Positions 37,154-47,290 of a stretch of DNA of 64,000 nucleotides are shown here, piece after piece. This stretch comes from an uncultured bacterium. GTDB taxonomy: Bacteria; Babelota; Babeliae; Babelales; Vermiphilaceae. The DNA lies in NCBI GenBank assembly GCA_963713925.1, contig OY970212.1, positions 448,001 through 512,000 of the forward strand, in the 5' to 3' direction. The number at the start of each line of letters is the position of its first letter. Positions within the stretch are counted from its first letter, which is position 1. A model generated the notes under the pieces. It was not told the origin of the DNA and did no database searches. It saw only the letters and a program-made list of their open reading frames with translations. Made by a program: the position numbers and the translations under genes.

Positions 37154-40100
37154 TCGAATGCTAGACCGCTTTAAAGAATATATAAGTGTGACCCAATTCA
37201 ATGCGGTAAAAATTGGGATTGCTTCACCTGATAAAATTAGATCTCTTTCCTATGGTGAAGTCAAAAAAATTGAGACAATTAACTATCGTACTTTAAAACC
37301 TGAACGTGACGGTTTGTTCTGCGCACGCATTTTCGGTCCGGTTAAGGATTGGGAGTGTAACTGCGGAAAATATAAACGCATGAAACACCGTGGCGTAACT
37401 TGTGAAAAGTGTGGCGTCGAGGTGATTCAATCACGCGTTCGTCGTGAGCGAATGGGGCATATTGAGCTTGTTGCTCCGGTGTGTCACATTTGGTATCTCA
37501 AGGGTATCCCAAGCTATCTTGGGCTTGTCCTTGAAATGCCGGTGAAAGATTTGGAACGCGTAATTTACTTTGACGCGTACATGGTTGTTCATCAAGGTCG
37601 TTCACCATATCCCCGCAAAACGCTTTTGAGCAATGCAGAGTATGAAAATTACAAGATGGCTCACCCTGAGGATCTCGATTTTCATGCTGAGACGGGTGCT
37701 GAAGCTGTGCGACAAGTTCTTTCTATGCTTGATTTCAAACTTGAGATCGTAAAGCTCAAAGATGAATACGGCCGCAATAGTTCAGTTGCTATTCGACATA
37801 AGATTATGCGTCGCATTAAGGTTCTCAGCAGCTTAGAAGATGCTGGGTTAAGGCCGGAATGGATGATTATGTCTATACTTCCGGTGCTTCCACCTGATTT
37901 ACGACCACTTGTTCCTTTAGAAGGTGGACGATTTGCGAGCTCAGACCTCAATGAATTGTATCGACGCGTTTTGAATAGAAACATTCGTTTACAGCGCTTA
38001 ATGGAAATTGAAGCTCCTTCAGTGATTATTAAAAACGAAAAGCGCATGTTGCAAGAAGCGGTCGACGCTCTCATTGACAATGGCCGCCGTGGTCAGCCGG
38101 TTCGCGGGTCAAACAAACGTCCTCTCAAATCATTGAGCGAAATGCTTCGTGGTAAACAAGGTCGTTTCCGTCAGAACTTGCTTGGTCGTCGTGTTGACTA
38201 TTCAGCTCGTTCTGTGATCGTTGTTGATCCGGAACTTCGCATGAATCAATGCGGATTGCCGAAAGCTATGGCGCTTGAGCTATTCAAATCATATGTCTAT
38301 GCCGGATTGCTTGAACGAGAATTGGCGGCAAACCTTCGTGTTGCAAAGCGTATGGTTGAAGAATTTGATCCTGTTATTTGGGACGTTCTTGAAGACGTGG
38401 TAAAAAACAGACCGGTACTTTTAAACCGTGCTCCAACATTGCACAGGCTTGGTATTCAGGCGTTTTATCCGATCTTGGTTGACGGTAAAGCTATTAAGAT
38501 TCACCCGTTGGTTTGTTCCGCGTTTAACGCAGACTTCGACGGTGACCAAATGGCAGTTCACTTGCCACTAAGCCGAAAAGCGCAAGAAGAGAGCAAAAAT
38601 CTCATTCTATCAACACGTAATATTCTCTCGCCTTCAAACGGTCGTCCCGTTGCTGTTCCTTCTCAAGACATGATTCTTGGTCTCTACTACATGACTAAGA
38701 TTCGTATGAATACTGCGGGAGAAGGTATTACATTTTCCAATATTGGCGAAGTGGTTAACGCTTTCCAATGTAATCGTATTAATATTCATGCTCGCATCAA
38801 CTTACGCATGGACAATGGCGAAATGGTTGAAACAACCGTTGGCCGTGTACTCTTGTATGAAGCATTGCCAACAGGATCTGATCTGCAATGGGTCAACAAG
38901 ATCATGAAACGAAGCGATGTCACCAAGTTAATTGAGAAAGTGTATTACCGTTTTGGGGCAGAAGCCACTATCGAAACACTTGATAAAATTAAGAAACTTG
39001 GGTTCTCATATTCGACTCGTGGTGGGATCTCTATCTCTATTGATAATCTCGTTATTCCGCAAAAGAAAGATGAGATTGTTCATAAAGCTGAAGATCAAGT
39101 TGAAAACGTTGAGCAGCTTTATATGGATGGTGTTATCACCAATGGTGAGCGCTATAACAAAGTTATTAGTCTTTGGTATCAAGCAACGGCAGATGTCGCA
39201 CAAGAGATGAGTAAAGAACTTGAAAGTCAAGATCGTGCAAGTTATGCCAACGAATCCCATGCAAATAACCCATTCAACCCAATCTTTATGATGCTTGACT
39301 CCGGAGCTCGTGGATCAAAAGACCAAATCAAGCAGTTGGTGGGTATGCGTGGTATGATGGCAAAACCGTCCGGTGAAGTTATGGAAACTCCGGTCAAGAC
39401 CAACTTTAAGTCTGGCTTGAGCGTGTTTGAATACTTTATTTCTACCCACGGTGCTCGTAAAGGGCAGGCCGATACTGCTCTTAAGACCGCAAACTCAGGT
39501 TATTTGACCAGAAGACTCGTTGATGTCGCGCAAGATGTCGTAATAACGACAGATGATTGTAAGACACTCGGATATATTGAAGTTGAATCCTTGAAAGAAT
39601 CTGGGGATATTATTTATCCACTTTCTGAAAGAACATTCGGTCGCGTTGCTGCAATGGATATCAAGGATCCTGTTTCAGGTGAATTGATTATCAAGCAAGG
39701 TCAGGTCATCGATCGTGATGAAGTTGCAAAATTGACTGAGTCGGCTGTCACCAAGATGCCTCTTCGCTCCGTGTTAACGTGCCAGGCACGTCATGGGGTA
39801 TGTAGCGCATGCTACGGTTTTGACCTTTCAAAAGGCTCTATCGTTGATGTTGGGACAACAACTGGTATTATTGCAGCACAGTCGATCGGTGAGCCGGGAA
39901 CACAGCTTACGATGAGAACCTTCCACATCGGGGGTACCGCAAGTGGTCTTGCTGAACAGCCATACTTTGTTGCAAAACAGGATGGTATCGTTGAGTGGCG
40001 TGGCATTAGAACTGTTAAAAATCGTGCCGGACAGTCAGTGGTCATGACTCGTAAAGCGAAATTGCTTATCTTGTCACCCGACGGAAGAGAATTGCAACGA

Positions 40101-41270
40101 CACGATTTAGAATATGGTTCAACCATTTTGGTCGAAGACAAACAAGCGGTTAAAACTGGTACAAAACTTGCTGAATGGGATCCAAACAGCAAAGTATTGA
40201 TCACTGAAAAAGCAGGACGAATTAAGTTCATTGATCTTGTTGAAAACGTTACCTTGCGTGAACGCTATGACGAAGCAACAAACAAATCAAATCTCATTGT
40301 TCTTGAACATAGAGGTGAACAGTATCAACCGGCAATAGCGATTCTTGATGGTGATGAAGAGGAAGCGGTCTACTTCTTGCCTGCAGGGTCATACTTAGGT
40401 GTTCATGACGGTCAAAAGGTACAAGTCGGCGATATCTTGCTTAAGATTCCTCGAGAAGTTTCCAAGACAAAAGATATTACCGGTGGTCTTCCTCGTATTG
40501 CTGAGCTCTTTGAAGCTCGTTCGCCGAAAGACCCTGCGATTATCGCTGATATTGATGGAGAAATCGTTGTTGGTGGGTTGCAACGAGGCTTACGTAAAGT
40601 GAGCGTTGTTAATGGAAGCCAATCAGTTGATTACTTCATTCCGCGTGGCCGTCAAATGACAGTCGTCAATGGCGACCGTGTGAGTGCGGGTGATCGTCTG
40701 ACAACAGGTTCTCCAGTGCTTCATGACATGCTCAGAATTATGGGCTCTGATGTAGTTCAAAAATATCTCGTTGATCAAATTCAGCAGATTTATCGTTTGC
40801 AGGGAATCAATATCAACGATAAGCATATTGAACTTATTGTCAGACAGATGATGAGAAAAGTTCGTGTGGTTGATTCTGGAGATTCAGAATTCCTTATCGG
40901 TGACCGTGTGGACAGAATTCACTTCCAAACCGTTAATTCCGTTATTAAGGCCCAAGGTAAAAAGGGTGCGATAGCAAAGCCTGTCTTAATGGGTATTACC
41001 CAGGCATCTCTTGGTACCGAAAGCTTTATATCGGCTGCATCATTCCAAGAAACGACAAGAATCTTGGCGGAAGCTGCTATTAGTGGACAAGTTGATCACT
41101 TGTATGGATTGAAAGAGAACGTAATCGTTGGTAAATTAATCCCGGCAGGAACTGGATTGGCCAATTTCAAAGAGAAATACCTCGGGCAAACTGCCAGTGA
41201 TCTTGAAAAACAGGTTCACCAAGAAGAAATGTACGAACGATCAATAACACAGTATACTGATAGTAAATAA
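37146..41270 (+). CDS. rpoC: RNA polymerase beta' subunit
   Basis: Zn finger, NADFDGD catalytic motif, AQSIGEPGTQLTMRTFH; GTG start with AAGGAG RBS overlapping the rpoB stop. Confidence 0.99.
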   Translation: MNNRMLDRFKEYISVTQFNAVKIGIASPDKIRSLSYGEVKKIETINYRTLKPERDGLFCARIFGPVKDWECNCGKYKRMKHRGVTCEKCGVEVIQSRVRRERMGHIELVAPVCHIWYLKGIPSYLGLVLEMPVKDLERVIYFDAYMVVHQGRSPYPRKTLLSNAEYENYKMAHPEDLDFHAETGAEAVRQVLSMLDFKLEIVKLKDEYGRNSSVAIRHKIMRRIKVLSSLEDAGLRPEWMIMSILPVLPPDLRPLVPLEGGRFASSDLNELYRRVLNRNIRLQRLMEIEAPSVIIKNEKRMLQEAVDALIDNGRRGQPVRGSNKRPLKSLSEMLRGKQGRFRQNLLGRRVDYSARSVIVVDPELRMNQCGLPKAMALELFKSYVYAGLLERELAANLRVAKRMVEEFDPVIWDVLEDVVKNRPVLLNRAPTLHRLGIQAFYPILVDGKAIKIHPLVCSAFNADFDGDQMAVHLPLSRKAQEESKNLILSTRNILSPSNGRPVAVPSQDMILGLYYMTKIRMNTAGEGITFSNIGEVVNAFQCNRINIHARINLRMDNGEMVETTVGRVLLYEALPTGSDLQWVNKIMKRSDVTKLIEKVYYRFGAEATIETLDKIKKLGFSYSTRGGISISIDNLVIPQKKDEIVHKAEDQVENVEQLYMDGVITNGERYNKVISLWYQATADVAQEMSKELESQDRASYANESHANNPFNPIFMMLDSGARGSKDQIKQLVGMRGMMAKPSGEVMETPVKTNFKSGLSVFEYFISTHGARKGQADTALKTANSGYLTRRLVDVAQDVVITTDDCKTLGYIEVESLKESGDIIYPLSERTFGRVAAMDIKDPVSGELIIKQGQVIDRDEVAKLTESAVTKMPLRSVLTCQARHGVCSACYGFDLSKGSIVDVGTTTGIIAAQSIGEPGTQLTMRTFHIGGTASGLAEQPYFVAKQDGIVEWRGIRTVKNRAGQSVVMTRKAKLLILSPDGRELQRHDLEYGSTILVEDKQAVKTGTKLAEWDPNSKVLITEKAGRIKFIDLVENVTLRERYDEATNKSNLIVLEHRGEQYQPAIAILDGDEEEAVYFLPAGSYLGVHDGQKVQVGDILLKIPREVSKTKDITGGLPRIAELFEARSPKDPAIIADIDGEIVVGGLQRGLRKVSVVNGSQSVDYFIPRGRQMTVVNGDRVSAGDRLTTGSPVLHDMLRIMGSDVVQKYLVDQIQQIYRLQGININDKHIELIVRQMMRKVRVVDSGDSEFLIGDRVDRIHFQTVNSVIKAQGKKGAIAKPVLMGITQASLGTESFISAASFQETTRILAEAAISGQVDHLYGLKENVIVGKLIPAGTGLANFKEKYLGQTASDLEKQVHQEEMYERSITQYTDSK

Positions 41271-41279
41271 GTATTGTGT

Positions 41280-41354
41280 AGGCGCGTAGCTCAGTGGTAG
41301 AGCATTGCTTTGACGTAGCAAGGGTCAGCGGTTCAATCCCGCTCGCGCCTACCA
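41280..41354 (+). tRNA. tRNA-Val(GAC)
   Basis: AGGCGCG/CGCGCCT acceptor stem, TTGCT-TTGACGT-AGCAA anticodon arm, CCA. Confidence 0.95.
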
Positions 41355-41370
41355 TAAACAAGATACAGAA

Positions 41371-41463
41371 CCCCATGCTTTGTATGGGGATTAATTAGGG
41401 TCCCAAGCGGCCTGTCACGCCAGAGCCTAAATGGCAAAGGCGGAAAATGAAATGGAGCTTGGG
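41371..41463 (+). repeat. Family-G hairpin (41371-41389) plus family-G element (41398-41463) containing a nested family-A element (41409-41444)
   Basis: GGGTCCCAAGC[GGCCTGTCACGCCAGAGCC..GGCAAAGGCGGA]AAATGAAATGGAGCTTGGG. Confidence 0.75.
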
Positions 41464-41502
41464 TGAAAATAATGTTAAAACCATAATGAGGTTTATATTC
41501 AA

Positions 41503-41772
41503 ATGGCTGTAACTCTAGACATGAAGAAGCAGATGGTAAGCACCTTTGGTTCATCAGCAAATGACACGGGATCAACCCAAGTTCAAATAGCGCTTTTGAC
41601 CCAAAGAATCAGTTCAGTAACCGAGCACTTAAAGGCAAATAAGCACGATTATTCTTCAAAGCGTGGCCTTTTGAAAATGGTTGCAAAGCGCCGTTGTTTA
41701 GTGCGATATTTGGAGCAAACAAATCCTGAGGTATATTCCCAGGTTATTGTGAAGCTTGGTTTAAAAAAATAA
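41503..41772 (+). CDS. rpsO: 30S ribosomal protein S15
   Basis: DTGSTQVQIALLT, KHDYSSKRGLLKMV. Confidence 0.97.
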   Translation: MAVTLDMKKQMVSTFGSSANDTGSTQVQIALLTQRISSVTEHLKANKHDYSSKRGLLKMVAKRRCLVRYLEQTNPEVYSQVIVKLGLKK

Positions 41773-41799
41773 ATGTTAGACGAGAAAGATTAGGGTTAT

Positions 41800-43881
41800 A
41801 TGGTAAAAAGGTATTCCTTGCCGGAGTTTGGTTATAGCGTAGAAATCGGTAAGTTTGCTCAACAAGCAGACGGCGCCGTTTGGTTGCAACAGGGGGGAAC
41901 AGTTGTACTTGCAACGGTTGTCTCAGCTCCATCCAAGGAGTTTCCTGGTTTTTTACCATTAACTGTTGAGTATCGCGAATTATTTTCAGCTGCCGGCAAA
42001 ATTCCGGGGGGTTACTTCAAACGTGAAGGAAAACCCACCGATAAAGAAGTTCTGACTGGACGCATCATCGATAGATCAATTCGTCCACTCTTTCCTTACG
42101 ACTATTTCAATCAAATTCAAGTTGTAGCGACAGTTTATTCCGTTGATAAGCTGTATGAGCCGAACTCATTAGCGCTTATTGCTTCATCACTTGCGCTCTC
42201 CATTTCTAAGATCCCATTTTTAGGACCGGTTGGTGTTATTGACATTGCGCGTGTGAATGGAGAATGGATTTTTTGCCCAACTCATCCCCAAGCACTTGCC
42301 TCAGATGTTCGCTTAGTAATTGCAGGTACCAAAGAAGGTATTTGCATGATCGAAGGATCAGCAAAAGAAATATCAGAAGATGATATTGTTGACCTTATGT
42401 TCAAGGCGCATGACAAAATTAAGCAGCAAATTGCATGGCAAGAACAGATCAAAGCTGAAGTCGGCGTTGCACCTGAAGTGACAGCCTTCGATTTTGATTG
42501 GAATGAATGGCAAAAACGTATTGCCGATTTTGTCGGTGCAGATCAAATCACTTCTATCTATAAAGCAGATAAATTAGAAAGAAGTGCCGCTCTTGATGCA
42601 TTGCGAGATTCTTTCCTTGAAAAATACAAAGAAGAGATTGAGCAAACGCAAGTTCCGGTTAAAGTGTTTGATTACATGCTTGATCAAACAATTCAGAAAA
42701 AAATTACCGAGCGTATCTTTGAATTAAATAAGCGTATTGATGGAAGAGATTTCAATAAAATTCGTCAGATCTCAACCGAAGTTGGTCTATTGCCATCAGT
42801 GCATGGTTCTTCATTGTTTACTCGTGGCAGAACGCAAGCATTAACCAGCGTCACTTTGGGCGGTGGTTCCGATGAGCAAAAAATTGAAGGAATTATGGAA
42901 GATGCCGCTAATACCGGAACTTTCATGCTTCATTATAACTTTCCTCCGTTTTCAGCCGGTGAAGCTCGTCCAATGCGTGGCCCTGGTCGTCGTGAAATCG
43001 GTCATGGATATTTAGCTGCATCGGCAATTCGCCCCGTGTTACCATCAAAAGAAGCATTCCCATACACCATTCGTGTTGTTACGGATATTCTGGAAGTTGA
43101 CGGCTCAAGTTCAATGGCTACCACTTGCGGGAGCACGATGGCACTTATGCACGCAGGCGTACCGATTTCAAATATGGTCGGTGGTATTGCTATGGGTCTT
43201 TTAAAGAGCGCCTCAGGAGAATTCCGTGTGTTGTCTGACATTTCCGGATTTGAAGACGCATTTGGATTGATGGACTTTAAAGTGACTGGAACTGATCGAG
43301 GCGTGACTGCAATTCAGATGGACATCAAATATAAAGGTGGATTCACCCGAGAAGTGTTCCAGAAGGCATTGCAACAAGCTCGTGAAGGTCGCATGTTCAT
43401 TCTCAATGAAATGCGCAAAGTCATGAGTGAACCAAATAAAGAGCTTTCAAATCTTGTTCCAAAATTAATTTCTTTCAAAGTGCCAACGGAAAAAATTGGT
43501 GCGATCATTGGAACAGGCGGTAAAGTTATTAAAGAGATTATCGAAAAAACAAAGACCAGCATTGATATTGAAGATGATGGGTTGGTCAAAATATTTGGCG
43601 GTCCGGATTCTCAGCTTGAGACAGCAGTCAATTGGGTTAAAACCATTGGCGGGCATATTCAAGCAGGTGCGAGATATCAAGGTCCTATTCGCAAGATCGC
43701 TGAATTTGGCTTGTTTGTTGAACTTGTTCCGGGAGTTGATGGTCTCGTGCATGTGTCCAATATCCCAAGAGAAAAACAAAGAACATTTGCAAGAGATTAC
43801 AAGCAGGGCGATATCGTCAATGTTGAGGTCGTTGAATACGATGAATCAACAGGAAGAGTTCGCTTGAGATTGATTGAGTAA
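41800..43881 (+). CDS. pnp: Polyribonucleotide nucleotidyltransferase (PNPase)
   Basis: Two RNase PH domains (IPGGYFKREG, GRREIGHG, MDFKV), KH (IIGTGG), S1. Confidence 0.98.
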   Translation: MVKRYSLPEFGYSVEIGKFAQQADGAVWLQQGGTVVLATVVSAPSKEFPGFLPLTVEYRELFSAAGKIPGGYFKREGKPTDKEVLTGRIIDRSIRPLFPYDYFNQIQVVATVYSVDKLYEPNSLALIASSLALSISKIPFLGPVGVIDIARVNGEWIFCPTHPQALASDVRLVIAGTKEGICMIEGSAKEISEDDIVDLMFKAHDKIKQQIAWQEQIKAEVGVAPEVTAFDFDWNEWQKRIADFVGADQITSIYKADKLERSAALDALRDSFLEKYKEEIEQTQVPVKVFDYMLDQTIQKKITERIFELNKRIDGRDFNKIRQISTEVGLLPSVHGSSLFTRGRTQALTSVTLGGGSDEQKIEGIMEDAANTGTFMLHYNFPPFSAGEARPMRGPGRREIGHGYLAASAIRPVLPSKEAFPYTIRVVTDILEVDGSSSMATTCGSTMALMHAGVPISNMVGGIAMGLLKSASGEFRVLSDISGFEDAFGLMDFKVTGTDRGVTAIQMDIKYKGGFTREVFQKALQQAREGRMFILNEMRKVMSEPNKELSNLVPKLISFKVPTEKIGAIIGTGGKVIKEIIEKTKTSIDIEDDGLVKIFGGPDSQLETAVNWVKTIGGHIQAGARYQGPIRKIAEFGLFVELVPGVDGLVHVSNIPREKQRTFARDYKQGDIVNVEVVEYDESTGRVRLRLIE

Positions 43882-43885
43882 TTGC

Positions 43886-44737
43886 ATGACTGTTTCAGAA
43901 AAAAAATATGCGCGTCCGTCAGGGCGCGCTTTTCATGTCCCTCGCACAATAAAAATAACGATTAATCCATTTGGCTATGCCGATAGTTCAGTTTTGTATG
44001 AATCAGGCAATACAAAAGTGCTTTGCGCCGTGAGTTTGTCTCAAGGAGTGCCACATTTTTTAAAGGGAAGCCGTAAAGGCTGGTTGTCTGCGGAATACTC
44101 CTTACTTCCTATGGCAACTCAAAGCCGCAATCAGCGGGATGCTTTCGGTTCAAAACCAAATGGAAGATCGATCGAGATTTCACGCTTTATCGGACGTTCT
44201 TTGCGTGCGATGGTTGATCTTGATCGCCTTGGTGAGCGCACGATTCAGATTGATTGTGACGTGCTCCAAGCTGATGGGGGAACCCGCACTGCCTGTGTCA
44301 CTGGAGCATCCATTGCTTTGCAGATTGCGCAAGAAAAATGGATTGAGCGCGGCGATATGAAACATTCAATTATCACCGACAGCCTTGCCTCACTTTCAGT
44401 GGGGGTCACTAACGGCACCGTTTTGGTTGATCTTGATTATCAAGAAGATGTTGCCATTGACGCAGATTACAACGTGGTTATGAGTAAATCAGGTTCTGTC
44501 GTTGAGGTGCAAGGAACGCTTGAGCATGGGACAGTCGATTGGAAAACATTCCAGGCAATTGTTGAGAATGCGCGAGCTGGAATTCAAGAGGTATTTGCTC
44601 AAATTGATGCATGCACCAAAATACAGCCGTCATTTGCCCAAGAAGATGTTCGCAGCAACTCTCAAAAATCTGAAGACACAAAGCCTGCTGTCGGTATGTT
44701 CAGTCTAAAAAATCGCTTGGATAGTTTGTCAAAGTAG
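43886..44737 (+). CDS. rph: Ribonuclease PH
   Basis: GWLSAEYSLLP, GRSIEISRFIGRSLR, DCDVLQADGGTRTA. Confidence 0.96.
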   Translation: MTVSEKKYARPSGRAFHVPRTIKITINPFGYADSSVLYESGNTKVLCAVSLSQGVPHFLKGSRKGWLSAEYSLLPMATQSRNQRDAFGSKPNGRSIEISRFIGRSLRAMVDLDRLGERTIQIDCDVLQADGGTRTACVTGASIALQIAQEKWIERGDMKHSIITDSLASLSVGVTNGTVLVDLDYQEDVAIDADYNVVMSKSGSVVEVQGTLEHGTVDWKTFQAIVENARAGIQEVFAQIDACTKIQPSFAQEDVRSNSQKSEDTKPAVGMFSLKNRLDSLSK

Positions 44738-44744
44738 ATTCTAC

Positions 44745-45677
44745 ATGCTTTCATTTTCTTATCTTTTATCAGGGACACTTTTTCAGTCAACTCCATCGGC
44801 GAGTGTAGTTGCCATACGCTATGCCGATGTATATCCCATTTTTCTCTCTCAATTGCTTTGTTCGCGCGTGCGTGAGCAGGTACAATTGCAACGGATTGAT
44901 CTACCAACATATGATCTTGACGCATTTATACTTGCAGCACAAACAACCTTTTTGGGGCAAACGTTTTGGTATTGGATTACGGGAGTCGATGAATTGTCGG
45001 AAAAAAAACGAGCATTGTTTTTCCGATTTCTTCAAAGCTATTCCGGGCCCCACACATTAATTGTTTGGACTTCAAGTCCTGTTTCCGGGGTAGATTCCGT
45101 CGAGATTCCTGAGCAAGTTCAGAAAGATCATATCGAGCATTTGCTTTCGCTGGTAGTTATTGATGGCAATCCGGCCAAAACATTAGTCACTCAAGCGCAA
45201 CGAATGTTACTTCAGTACAAAAAGCTTTCCATTGAACAAGCGCTGCAATTATTAGTCTATGTAGTTGTTGCCGCGTCCGATCGAGAACAAGTTTTTAAGG
45301 AATGGGGAAATGCGCTTGTCCATGTTGATCAATCGCTGTTTACTTTGAGCCAGCATTTACTTGCAAAAAACCGGAACAAATTCCGTGAGCTGTATGACAC
45401 AATGACAGCATCATTTCAAGATACCTTTTGGATATCCTTCTGGGCCGATCAAATCTGGCGCGCTATTCATGTCATCGATGCATATGCAGTCAAAGATTTT
45501 GCAACTGCAAAGGCGCATGGCGCACGACTTCCCTTTTCTTTCATGAATACCGATTGGCGTAAATATACGGCCAAAGAGCTTACAACGCTGCATGATTTGC
45601 TCTATACGTTCGATTATCAATTAAAAAACGGCGTCGAACCGCAGTTGGATTTATTTTATTTGAGCTTTTTCAAATAA
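44745..45677 (+). CDS. Divergent DNA polymerase III delta subunit (HolA-like)
   Basis: About 310 aa; TTFLGQ pseudo-P-loop position; C-terminal L...DYQLKNG motif typical of HolA. Confidence 0.55.
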   Translation: MLSFSYLLSGTLFQSTPSASVVAIRYADVYPIFLSQLLCSRVREQVQLQRIDLPTYDLDAFILAAQTTFLGQTFWYWITGVDELSEKKRALFFRFLQSYSGPHTLIVWTSSPVSGVDSVEIPEQVQKDHIEHLLSLVVIDGNPAKTLVTQAQRMLLQYKKLSIEQALQLLVYVVVAASDREQVFKEWGNALVHVDQSLFTLSQHLLAKNRNKFRELYDTMTASFQDTFWISFWADQIWRAIHVIDAYAVKDFATAKAHGARLPFSFMNTDWRKYTAKELTTLHDLLYTFDYQLKNGVEPQLDLFYLSFFK

Positions 45678-45771
45678 AAGACAAAGACCAACAGATTTCA
45701 TTGTGCGCCATAAAAACCCTCGAGCGTAAGGTGTTCATGATTCAGAAACCACGGCTTTCAAACCGTTTAGG

Positions 45772-46602
45772 TCATTGAACTTTTTTCAAGTCACGCGAAA
45801 AAGCTATTATTTCTTCTATCGTGGCTGGATCTGACGGTGGTTCATTGCGAGCTATATGATCCTTTAAATATCGATTAAGAATTGATATTTTTCTGCGAAA
45901 ATCAAGGTTATGATCTTCAAGTGCATTATCGCTGAAAGCTAATAATGACCCATGTAGCATATCGAAAAAAGTTCTTCTTTGGTTGATATCCGATTCGATC
46001 TCAGAGAGTTTATTAATCAGGTTGAGACTGTTTTGAGGAAATCTAGATAGTTTAATTGAAAGGAAGCAGAGAGCTTTCAGTGAACTATCCCGGGGAAACC
46101 AGCCCCTATCAATGAGTGAACCGCTCTCTTTATTTTTGATGTCACGATACAAACCAATTATGGTTTCCTCATCAATTTCTTTTGCCAATTCATAACCATA
46201 CTTTGAGCTCAAAAAATTAGAAAAAGGTTTTTTAAAATCTACGTATTTTTTTTCCATCATTTCATTCAGGATAGCAACCAAGGTCTCGTTTTCATTTCTA
46301 GATGAGGACTCTTTGAAATAAGTGCCGAGCCATTGTTTGGTTGCAGATGTTCCAAGTGCATATGCAATGAATGATGCAGGAGCATCTAACTGTTTGGACA
46401 CATCTTTAAGCACAGAATCAATAATGTGAGGAGGCAGCTCCATTCTCTTTAGAGCATCGATCGATGCATCGAAATTATCTTTAACAATTATAGATTTAAG
46501 ATTTTCTGGCAGACTATAGGTAGATTCCTGAGGATGATCTGCTCCTGATGTTGGTGTGACAATCCAAAAAGAAATTGTCACGAGCAATAGATTGTTTTTC
46601 AT
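45772..46602 (-). CDS. Secreted helical hypothetical protein
   Basis: MKNNLLLVTISFWIV signal; ALGT..TK.WL..Y helical motif. Confidence 0.6.
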   Translation of the reverse strand: MKNNLLLVTISFWIVTPTSGADHPQESTYSLPENLKSIIVKDNFDASIDALKRMELPPHIIDSVLKDVSKQLDAPASFIAYALGTSATKQWLGTYFKESSSRNENETLVAILNEMMEKKYVDFKKPFSNFLSSKYGYELAKEIDEETIIGLYRDIKNKESGSLIDRGWFPRDSSLKALCFLSIKLSRFPQNSLNLINKLSEIESDINQRRTFFDMLHGSLLAFSDNALEDHNLDFRRKISILNRYLKDHIARNEPPSDPATIEEIIAFSRDLKKVQ

Positions 46603-46638
46603 AAAGTAGATTCCTTTCAAGCCAATAAATCGACAATT

Positions 46639-47286
46639 TCAAAAATGGCGCAATGATGTTGGCTGTTCCTTGAAGCGCTCTGGTTTGATAATTCCCCCTG
46701 AGATAATAAGTGCCATGGCTTCTTGGCGGGTCAAATCGATATGCGAAATATCATCTGCGGAAACAATAATATAATAACCGGTGGTTGGGTTGGGAGTCGT
46801 CGGAATGAAAACATTGTAATATTTCTTGCCCGGGCGTGGTGCCAAAATAGCCGGCAACTCGCTTGTTAGAAAGCCAATGCAATAAAGCCCTTCGCGCGGA
46901 AATTCAACGGCAACAACTTGCTTGAAACTTTCATCATCTTGGGGGCTGAATGCGTGGACGAGTTGTTTGATTCCCGAATATAACGGACGAATCAACGGAA
47001 TTTTGAATAGAAGTTGTTCAACAGCGTGCAAAATCCATTTTAAGAAAAATAAATTAATAAGAAATCCGGTAAAAAAGATAATTGCAATGGCAATCAGTAT
47101 TTCAGCATAAGGGATTCGATGTAAAAATTCGGGTTCAAATACCTTTAGCGGGGCGAGCCAACTGACGAGCCCTTTAAAAATAAGATTAAGCAGTCCCAAC
47201 GTGATTGCGATGGGTAAAATCGTTAACAGGCCTTTCACAAAAAGCGTTGAAAAAAATTTACTTATTTTTTTTGTTGATTGTTTCAT
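46639..47286 (-). CDS. DUF502 family membrane protein
   Basis: GLLTILPIAIT, IPLIRPLYSGIKQ, VEFPR, FIPTTPNPTTGY, IISGG. Confidence 0.9.
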   Translation of the reverse strand: MKQSTKKISKFFSTLFVKGLLTILPIAITLGLLNLIFKGLVSWLAPLKVFEPEFLHRIPYAEILIAIAIIFFTGFLINLFFLKWILHAVEQLLFKIPLIRPLYSGIKQLVHAFSPQDDESFKQVVAVEFPREGLYCIGFLTSELPAILAPRPGKKYYNVFIPTTPNPTTGYYIIVSADDISHIDLTRQEAMALIISGGIIKPERFKEQPTSLRHF

Positions 47287-47290
47287 AATT

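Noticed and set aside
33314..40826. Antisense and alternate-frame ORFs inside rpoB/rpoC (and similarly within radA, murA, pnp, pcrA)
   Set aside because: Shadow ORFs of long conserved genes.
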